Positions 51,557-64,000 of a stretch of 64,000 nucleotides of DNA are shown here, in pieces (the first letter of the stretch is position 1; every line of letters begins with the position of its first letter). Origin of the DNA: a bacterium (GTDB taxonomy: Bacteria > Verrucomicrobiota > Kiritimatiellia > CAIKKV01 > CAIYGI01); contig JANYBP010000103.1 of NCBI GenBank assembly GCA_025360745.1, positions 3,992 through 67,991 on the forward strand, read 5' to 3'. Under the pieces are notes generated by a model, which had not been told where the DNA came from, searched no databases, and was given only the letters and a program-made list of their open reading frames with translations. The position numbers and the translations under genes were made by a program.

Positions 51557-53092
51557 ATGAACAGGCTGAACAAAACGACCATGGTTGGTGTGGCGATCGC
51601 GATCGCCGCGTTGCTGACGCGGGGCGCGGAGCCGTTGCCGCGCGGGGTCGTCGATGGCGCATGGGTGACCACCGACCAGACGGTGGATTGCTCCAGTTAC
51701 GAGTCCATCCTAAAGGACGTCATCAAGCCCGGCATGACCGAGGAACAGAAGGCCATCGCCCTCTACAACTTCTACCGTCAGAGGGTCTATCACTACGTGA
51801 ACATGCCGGAAAGCCGCGACCCGATCAAATGCATAAACGTCATCGGCAACACCTTGTGCGGGTCGCAGGGCACCTGCATGAAAGGCCTGCTCACGGAGGC
51901 GGGCATCAAGGCCCGTGTGGTTTCGGGGCCGGGGCACACTTTCTATGAGGCGTACTACGACGGCAAGTGGCACGGCTACGACACCTTCATGAATTTTTAC
52001 GTCTTTACGCGGGGGCCGAACAGGAATGTCGCATCGTACGAGGAGTTGAAGAACGATCCGACGCTGGCCACGAAGGCGGTTGAAGAGGGACGGGCGGCGC
52101 CTGGTTACCTGCCCTGCGGCGACACGCCGGCTTGTTTCATTAACGGCGTGAAGGAAAACAACTACATGCCCCAGAAATTGAACTGGAACGTGAAGGATTA
52201 CCGCCTCCGGACGGGCGAAGAGATCGTACGCAGCTGGTGGCCGGAGGGCAAGGCGCTGCCGGGCACCGCGGGCAAGAACGACAAGACGCCCTATCACGGT
52301 TGCGGCGCGAGGGATCAGAAAGCCGAGTCGTATCTGTTCAAGTTCTGGGAGCCGTACGGCATCCTCAAGTACGAACGCAAGAGCATCAGTTACCGCCATT
52401 ACTTCAACGGCCGCATGAATTACGCCCCGGACCTTACCGGCGACAAATACCGCCAGGGCGTGCTGTCCGAGAAGGGCGTGCATGCCACGCCGCAAGGATT
52501 GGCCGGTGAGGGCGAGGTTGTCTTCGCCGTCCATTGCCCCTTCTACATCAGCGGCAGCACGCTGACCTTCGAGACCGCCACGCCGGGCGCGGGCGACGTC
52601 GTGGAAGTCTCCGCGTCGCTGGATGGCAAACAGTGGACCGCGATCGCCGCCACCAATGCATCGGCCGGCCGCAGCCAGGTCGAACTGGATCAGATTGTCG
52701 TCAAGCGACAGGTCGGACTGCATGCCTACCAGGTGCGATTCGCGCTCAAGGGCAAGGCGGTGCTGAAGCGCTTTTACCTGAGCACGGTCTTCACGCATAA
52801 CGCCATGGCCGCCCCGCATCTCATGCCGGGTAAGAACAACGTGACGCTGACAGTCGCGAATCCCGAGACGCTCAAGACGGCGCCCCTGACGGTATCGTAC
52901 CGTTACAAGGAGGCGCCGGCCAACACGGCCAAACCCCTGGACAGCACGGCATGGACCGGCGAAATCAAGACGATTACGAAGCAAGCCGGCGCGAGCCCGT
53001 TCAAATTCACCGTGGAACTCCCGCAAACGGAAAAACTGCCGCAGATGCAGGATCTGACGCTGCGTTGCGGAGAGCTGGCCTGGCGGCCTTGA
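51557..53092 (+). CDS. secreted transglutaminase-like cysteine protease-fold protein
   Basis: Signal peptide. Cys/His/Asp core C(GSQGTC)...H(TFYEAYY)...D(GYDT) typical of the transglutaminase-like superfamily. Confidence 0.6.
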   Translation: MNRLNKTTMVGVAIAIAALLTRGAEPLPRGVVDGAWVTTDQTVDCSSYESILKDVIKPGMTEEQKAIALYNFYRQRVYHYVNMPESRDPIKCINVIGNTLCGSQGTCMKGLLTEAGIKARVVSGPGHTFYEAYYDGKWHGYDTFMNFYVFTRGPNRNVASYEELKNDPTLATKAVEEGRAAPGYLPCGDTPACFINGVKENNYMPQKLNWNVKDYRLRTGEEIVRSWWPEGKALPGTAGKNDKTPYHGCGARDQKAESYLFKFWEPYGILKYERKSISYRHYFNGRMNYAPDLTGDKYRQGVLSEKGVHATPQGLAGEGEVVFAVHCPFYISGSTLTFETATPGAGDVVEVSASLDGKQWTAIAATNASAGRSQVELDQIVVKRQVGLHAYQVRFALKGKAVLKRFYLSTVFTHNAMAAPHLMPGKNNVTLTVANPETLKTAPLTVSYRYKEAPANTAKPLDSTAWTGEIKTITKQAGASPFKFTVELPQTEKLPQMQDLTLRCGELAWRP

Positions 53093-53106
53093 GCACGGGG
53101 GTGTAC

Positions 53107-53144
53107 GGTGAGTCGGTGAGTCGGTGAGTCGGTGAGTCGGTGAG
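53107..53144. repeat. octanucleotide microsatellite (GGTGAGTC) x4.75
   Basis: Perfect tandem copies in the intergenic region between convergent genes. Confidence 0.9.
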
Positions 53145-53187
53145 TCGGTGAGCGTCCGGGCGTTTGCCGACTATTCATCGTTCGGTT

Positions 53188-54141
53188 CTATAGACCATCG
53201 AAGAGAATGGTCGAGAGGTAGCGTTCGCCGGCGTCGGGGAGGATGACCACAATCGTCTTTCCCTCGAACTGCGGGTCGAGGGAAAGACGCGCGGCCGCCG
53301 CCACGGCGGCGCCGCAGGAGATGCCGCTCAGCAGTCCCTCCTCGCGTGCGAGCCGCCGGGCGTATTCCACGGCCTCCATACTTTCCACCTGCTCCACGCG
53401 GTCAACCAGCGATAAATCCAACACGTCAGGAATAAAGCCGGCGCCAATGCCCTGGATTTTGTGCGGCCCGGGCTTGAGCGCCAGGCCGGCCAGTTTTTGC
53501 GTCAGGACGGGGCTTTCGGCGGGCTCGACGGCGACCGCCAGAACCTGCCTGCCTCTGGTCCGTTTTAGATAACGCGCCAGGCCGGTGATTGTGCCGCCAG
53601 TGCCGACGCCCGCGATCAGCACGTCCACCTGTCCGTCCGTATCATCCCAGATTTCCGGGCCCGTGGTGGTTTCGTGTATCGCGGGGTTGGCCGGATTCTT
53701 GAACTGCTGCGGCAAAAAGTAGCGTTGCGGATCGGAAGCGGCCATTTCTTCCGCGCGATTCACGGCGCCCTTCATACCCTCCGCCCCCGGGGTGAGCACC
53801 AGTTTCGCCCCAAAGGCGGCGAGCACGCGCCTGCGCTCCATGCTCATGGTCTCCGGCATGGTCAGCGTAAGTTTGTAACCGCGCGCCGCGGCGACATAGG
53901 CCAGGGCGATGCCGGTATTGCCGCTGGTGGGCTCGACAATCTCGACGCCCGGTTTCAGAACGCCGCGCTGCTCGGCGTCCCAGACCATGGCGGCGCCGAT
54001 GCGGCACTTGACCGAGTAGGAGGGATTGCGCCCTTCGATCTTGGCCAGCACCCGCACCTTCTTGCCGGGAATCACGGAATTCAATTGCACCAGCGGGGTG
54101 TGCCCGATGGCCTGCGAGTTGTCGGCGTATATACGGCTCAT
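53188..54141 (-). CDS. cysK: cysteine synthase A (O-acetylserine sulfhydrylase)
   Basis: PLP-enzyme motifs: [17 protein letters not shown]. Confidence 0.9.
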   Translation of the reverse strand: MSRIYADNSQAIGHTPLVQLNSVIPGKKVRVLAKIEGRNPSYSVKCRIGAAMVWDAEQRGVLKPGVEIVEPTSGNTGIALAYVAAARGYKLTLTMPETMSMERRRVLAAFGAKLVLTPGAEGMKGAVNRAEEMAASDPQRYFLPQQFKNPANPAIHETTTGPEIWDDTDGQVDVLIAGVGTGGTITGLARYLKRTRGRQVLAVAVEPAESPVLTQKLAGLALKPGPHKIQGIGAGFIPDVLDLSLVDRVEQVESMEAVEYARRLAREEGLLSGISCGAAVAAAARLSLDPQFEGKTIVVILPDAGERYLSTILFDGL

Positions 54142-54174
54142 GTTGGCCTCCTGGACTGTTCGTAACTATTCATT

Positions 54175-54954
54175 CTAAATCACCTTTGGGGCGCTCGCAT
54201 GGAAACCGCCCGGCCGATTGCACACGCAACCATTCCGCCGGTGGACCGCCACAATCCGCACCTGAAGTTCCATCGCATCGTAGACCAGGATGCGATCGAG
54301 TAAAAGTTTGCCGATGCCCAGCACGTACTTGATGGCCTCCGTGGCCTGGATGGCGCCGATCACGCCGGGCAGCGCGCCCAGCGGTCCCTGCGGCGCCTCC
54401 GGCGCGGCGGGCGGCGGTGGCGGGCTCTCGAACAGACAGCGGTAGCAGGCCGACCGGCCCGGCAGCACGGTCATGGTTTGCCCAAGGAAGCGGTTTACGC
54501 CCGCGTGAGAATAAGCTTTGCCCGCCTCCAGGCAGGCGTCGGCGATCTGGAATTTCGCCGCGAAGTTGTCGGTGCCATCGATCACGAAATCGTACCCGGC
54601 GAGCATTTGCGGCGCGCCGGCGGCGTCGAACCGTTCGCGATGCGGCCGCACGCGCAGTTCCGGGTTCAACGCCTGCAGCCGTTGCGCGGCGGACTCGATT
54701 TTGGGCCGTCCGATGTCGGCCGTGCCGTGCAGGATTTGCCGTTGCAGATTGCTGGCTTCGACAACATCGTCGTCCGCCAGGCCCAGCGTGCCGATCCCCG
54801 CCGCCGCCAGGTAGTAAGCCGCCGGGGAACCCAGACCGCCCGCGCCGACGATCAGAATCCGCGCCGCCGCCAGGCGGATCTGGCCGCTTTCGCCGATTTC
54901 CGGCAGGGCCAGCTGCCTGGCGTAGCGCGCGCGTTGCGGCGGTGTGAGCGGCAT
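54175..54954 (-). CDS. ThiF/MoeB/HesA family E1-like adenylyltransferase
   Basis: ILIVGAGGLGSPAAYYLAAAGIG Rossmann motif. CxxC pairs near the C terminus. Confidence 0.85.
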   Translation of the reverse strand: MPLTPPQRARYARQLALPEIGESGQIRLAAARILIVGAGGLGSPAAYYLAAAGIGTLGLADDDVVEASNLQRQILHGTADIGRPKIESAAQRLQALNPELRVRPHRERFDAAGAPQMLAGYDFVIDGTDNFAAKFQIADACLEAGKAYSHAGVNRFLGQTMTVLPGRSACYRCLFESPPPPPAAPEAPQGPLGALPGVIGAIQATEAIKYVLGIGKLLLDRILVYDAMELQVRIVAVHRRNGCVCNRPGGFHASAPKVI

Positions 54955-54958
54955 GGTC

Positions 54959-55159
54959 TTACCCCCCGCCAGCCAGCGTCAGGATTTCAATCCGGTCGCC
55001 CTCATGAACCACAAAGGATTCGTGTTGAGAACGCGTCACGACATCCCCGTTAACCATCACAGCCACGCGCTGTCCGCGCAACCCCAGCCGTTCGAACACC
55101 GTCCGCAAGCAGGTGTCCGCCGGCCATTCCGCGGTTTCGCCGTTGATCGTCAGTTTCAT
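54959..55159 (-). CDS. thiS: ThiS/MoaD-family sulfur carrier protein (C-terminal GG)
   Basis: 66 aa ending ...LTLAGGG. Confidence 0.8.
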   Translation of the reverse strand: MKLTINGETAEWPADTCLRTVFERLGLRGQRVAVMVNGDVVTRSQHESFVVHEGDRIEILTLAGGG

Positions 55160-55183
55160 GGGATTCAGGGAGACAACCTGATT

Positions 55184-56515
<1,332 letters not shown>

Positions 56516-56539
56516 CTAGTATGTCCATCAAGGAAGTAG

Positions 56540-56568
56540 ACAATACGCCGGCATGGGCCTTTTGTCAA
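56540..56568 (-). promoter_or_regulatory. sigma70-like promoter for metY (TTGACA-N17-TATTGT on minus strand)
   Basis: The reverse complement reads TTGACAAAAGGCCCATGCCGGCGTATTGT, about 75 nt upstream of the metY ATG. Confidence 0.45.
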
Positions 56569-56686
56569 TGTACAATTGTATGATTTTTTGTCATGGTCCG
56601 CTCAGGTGGCGCGCCTCGGCCAGGCACTGCTCCGCTTCACGCGGATGGCGTCCGGCGCCAGGGCGGGTGTGAATACGTGCAAAAAA

Positions 56687-56720
56687 GAAAACCCGTAGGT
56701 TTCCCTACGGGTTCAAAAAA
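56687..56720 (-). terminator. rho-independent terminator of the rRNA operon
   Basis: On the minus strand: GAACCCGTAGGGAAACCTACGGGTTTTCTTTTTT immediately after the 5S 3' end. Confidence 0.8.
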
Positions 56721-56835
56721 ATCCCGGCAGCGCGCTACTCTCCCATGACTACTGCCACAGTACCATCGCCGCAGAGGCCCTTCACTTCCGTGTTCGGTAT
56801 GGGAACGGGTGTTACTTCCTCGCTATGGCCACCGG
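56721..56835 (-). rRNA. rrf: 5S ribosomal RNA
   Basis: The reverse complement reads CCCGGTGGCCATAGCGAGGAAGTAACACCCGTTCCCATACCGAACACGGAAGTGAAG... Confidence 0.9.
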
Positions 56836-56911
56836 GAAAAATTAATATTTAAATTAATTGACCGGCTTCGAGATGGGCATCCAAAGGCTAGCGCTAAAAA
56901 GCGACCGATGG

Positions 56912-59876
<2,965 letters not shown>

Positions 59877-60028
59877 GATAAATCGGTCGAATCTCAGCGC
59901 TTGTAGTCCTTAAAAGATGCCCATCTCGATGCACATGTCAAAGAGCAAACCGCTTGCGCGGCGGAAACTGTCGGCGCCAACGCGCTCCCAGCCTCCTAAA
60001 AATCGTTTTGACCAGCGGTCCACCTGCA

Positions 60029-60105
60029 TGGTGGGCGTGCCTGGAGTCGAACCAGGGACCTTGTCCTTATCAGGGACACGCTCTAACCAACTGAGCTACA
60101 CGCCC
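60029..60105 (-). tRNA. tRNA-Ile (GAT)
   Basis: The reverse complement reads GGGCGTGTAGCTCAGTTGGTTAGAGCGTGTCCCTGATAAGGACAAGGTCCCTGGTTCGACTCCAGGCACGCCCACCA. Confidence 0.9.
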
Positions 60106-60212
60106 TACTTCGCGCTTCGGCTGCGCCTCGCGCTTCGTAGGGCGAGCCCGCGTTGTCCGGCTTGCCATGCGAAGCTCAAGTTCGCCTGCGGCGAACGCAG
60201 AGCGAAGCATAG

Positions 60213-60285
60213 TGGAGGCAACCGGGCTCGAACCGGTGGCCCCGAGCTTGCAAAGCTCGTGCTCTACCAACTGAGCTATGCCCCC
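60213..60285 (-). tRNA. tRNA-Ala (TGC) with G3:U70
   Basis: The reverse complement reads GGGGGCATAGCTCAGTTGGTAGAGCACGAGCTTTGCAAGCTCGGGGCCACCGGTTCGAGCCCGGTTGCCTCCA. The anticodon is TGC. A G3-U70 wobble is present. Confidence 0.9.
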
Positions 60286-60513
60286 GAGGTTCAGAACGCA
60301 TCCGGTATGCCGACGCCAGTCCCCAAAGGACCGGCTCCACGGCGTCCGCTGTTCCGAATAGCCAACAGCCCGCACAGATTACCATGCGAGCCTAGGCCGC
60401 TGTTTCGGTTCGAAAGAGGTGCGGTGAGTCCAGTGTTCCGTCTTCGGCCGGACGCCGAAGCGTCCGACCGATCGACCCTGGTTGAACTTCCGGGCTTGCG
60501 CCCTTCAGAACAA

Positions 60514-62087
<1,574 letters not shown>

Positions 62088-62914
62088 GAATAATGATTCC
62101 AATGCCGCCACCGGTTTGACCCGGCAGCGGACTTATCGATCGCTATCTCATCTTTTAAACCCGAAGCCGCTTGCGCGACCCCGGGCGACGGAGCACCTTC
62201 TTCACCGCACCGCTTCCGAATCGAAGCAGTGCCTCAGGCTATTCGGTTGTCAAAGAACCAAGACCCCGGACTTCACCCGAATCGAACGCGCGTTTTCGTT
62301 TCACACACGGGATTCCGTTAACAAGTCCGGCGTCAGTCGCGAAAGAGAAAGATATAAAAACACGCCGGAGACGTCAACGAAAGATTGACGGAATTGTAGG
62401 GTTTTTATGAAACGTACTAAATATGCCAGCAAACAGATGCATTCTGTATGCTCCATATGGGGAAATTTTGCGCGGCGGCTGACGCCGCCTGGGCACGCAG
62501 CGCGCCCGCACACCCTCGAAGGCCTCCCGTTTGCAAGCCATCACGCACGCCCCGCCCCGGCAACACCCCGTTCGCCGCCGTCATACACCATATCCCAACC
62601 TGCCATCTTACGGTTCCAGGGGCAGGTATCGCCAGACCCCCTTTTTATTAGCTATTATTTAAGACGCACATCTTCCAGCAACATCACGGTACCATAATAA
62701 AATTTAGCAGGACTCGTGCCACTTACAGACGCATTGCGAACAGAGCGGCCGCCAAGGCATCGAAATCTTCGCCGTTCAAGGACTCGACGCAAGCCGCCTC
62801 CGGCGTCGCACCCACGGTCGCGCATCCAGCTCGGATGCGCAAACCAAACGTCCGGGTTCCGTTTTCAGTTTTTAGGTGTGCAAGGGGTTGCACGCGCTCA
62901 ACCGTTTTGCTTCA

Positions 62915-63739
62915 ATGCCCGGCATGCACAGACACGCTTCATGTGATGGCGCGCCGGTAACGAAAACCAGGCCCGGGCAGGACGCCGCCATTCACGGGTC
63001 GCATTGGGATTCGGTTCACGGGGGCTATTTTTCAGACCTGGCGGTGGCGGCCCCGCTGCTGGAAAAAATCGAGGCGGAGGCGGCGCGCACGCGGGCGGCG
63101 GTGGTGGTGGATCTGGGAGGAGGCACGGGCTTCCTGCTCTCCCAACTCGCGACACGCGGAAACTGCGCAGGCGCGCGCTTCATCAATCTGGATTCGTCAG
63201 CCGAGCAACTGGCCGCGACGCGCGAACGCGCGGTTCAATCCATCCGCACCTCGGTCGACCGCTTCAGCCGCGCCGAGGCTGTCCCGCAGGATGTTCGCGT
63301 CGTGTGGATCATGCGCTCCGTGCTGCACTACTTCGGCGAACCAGGCCTGCCGCCCGTGCTCGCCCACCTGCGACGGCAGGCCAAAAACGGCGAATCGTTC
63401 GTACACCAGACGGCCTGCTTCGAACAGGCGTGCGCGGCCGAATGCCTCAACCTGCTGTACCGCTGGATGCATACTGGCAAATGGTACCCCACGACCGCCC
63501 AACTGCGCCGGATGCTCGGCGAGGCGGGCTGGCGGGTGGACGACCTGAGCGCCGCGCCTGCCCTGCCGCTGACGGCGCACGATCTGTCCGCCCGGTACGG
63601 CATCGCGGAAGAGACAGTTACGGAGATCTGCGCGGGGCTCGAACGCAAACTGGGCTTGATGCCCGGCGTGCTGGAAGTACGTCCGAACCGAGCCTGTGCC
63701 TATCTGCACTACCGGATCGCCGTCTGCACGGCAGTCTAA
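62915..63739 (+). CDS. class I SAM-dependent methyltransferase
   Basis: Motif I VVDLGGGTGFL. The start is uncertain (the ORF-track start is 62876). Confidence 0.6.
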   Translation: MPGMHRHASCDGAPVTKTRPGQDAAIHGSHWDSVHGGYFSDLAVAAPLLEKIEAEAARTRAAVVVDLGGGTGFLLSQLATRGNCAGARFINLDSSAEQLAATRERAVQSIRTSVDRFSRAEAVPQDVRVVWIMRSVLHYFGEPGLPPVLAHLRRQAKNGESFVHQTACFEQACAAECLNLLYRWMHTGKWYPTTAQLRRMLGEAGWRVDDLSAAPALPLTAHDLSARYGIAEETVTEICAGLERKLGLMPGVLEVRPNRACAYLHYRIAVCTAV

Positions 63740-63766
63740 CCGCAAGCATCGGACTGCTTTTGTCTG

Positions 63767-64000
63767 TCAGTCGACGCTGCGGATGCCGGAGAATTCAATC
63801 GATGCCGCCTGGGGCGGCGGGATTTTACCTCCTGCCCCCTTGCCCTCTTCAATCCCGCGGGCACCGTAGATTGCGACATCCACGGAGCCCGAATTGTCGG
63901 CCGAATTGGAATCCACGACGAAGGCCGTGATGTACCCCTGATCCTTCAATTCGATGGTGGCCCTGTCGCCTTTACCGTCCAGAGCCCGGAAACAGGCCCG
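63767..64000 (-). CDS. hypothetical protein (3' portion; gene continues beyond window)
   Basis: Open frame on the minus strand running off the window end. No recognisable motif. Confidence 0.2.
   Translation of the reverse strand, partial: RACFRALDGKGDRATIELKDQGYITAFVVDSNSADNSGSVDVAIYGARGIEEGKGAGGKIPPPQAASIEFSGIRSVD

Noticed and set aside
53107-53144. Possible CRISPR array
   Set aside because: The units are 8 bp, directly tandem, with no spacers. It is a microsatellite, not CRISPR.

Overview
This is a high-GC (about 65%) bacterial chromosomal segment on which I can support about 50 features. Gene content and architecture loosely suggest a PVC-group (Verrucomicrobia-like) genome, but that is only a guess. 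Most of the window is housekeeping. It holds hom-lysC, a tripartite RND efflux operon, a partial dcw cluster (a MurC-MurB fusion, ddl, ftsQ, ftsA, ftsZ) interrupted by an AbiEi/AbiEii toxin-antitoxin pair, gtrA and tRNA-Tyr. It continues with secA, lnt, trmH, a hicAB pair, a small surface/polysaccharide-export locus, smpB, rpoZ, groESL and dnaK. There is a metY-thiS-thiF-cysK sulfur-carrier cluster, and a complete rRNA operon on the minus strand (16S, tRNA-Ala, tRNA-Ile, 23S, 5S, terminator). The most unusual item is at the extreme 5' end (1-1548). It is the C-terminal SPASM/twitch domain of a radical-SAM enzyme that runs off the window edge. Four nucleotides downstream is a 44-codon ORF absent from the supplied ORF track; it encodes a two-Cys peptide ending in Gly-Tyr. 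A stand-alone HPr-kinase-C-terminal-like P-loop protein follows. I read this as the tail of an rSAM plus kinase RiPP-type peptide-modification cluster whose remainder lies upstream of the window. A second notable region (22.8-32.7 kb) is a signalling island. On one strand is a FabF-like ketosynthase with a Cys-His-Asn triad, translationally coupled to two paralogous PAS/GAF sensor kinases. Divergently transcribed from it are a FadL-type outer-membrane channel, a REC-HisKA hybrid and an FAD-linked oxidase. Several short hairpins, palindromes and tandem repeats sit at gene boundaries. Many long ORFs in the six-frame track are antisense GC artefacts and are not called.
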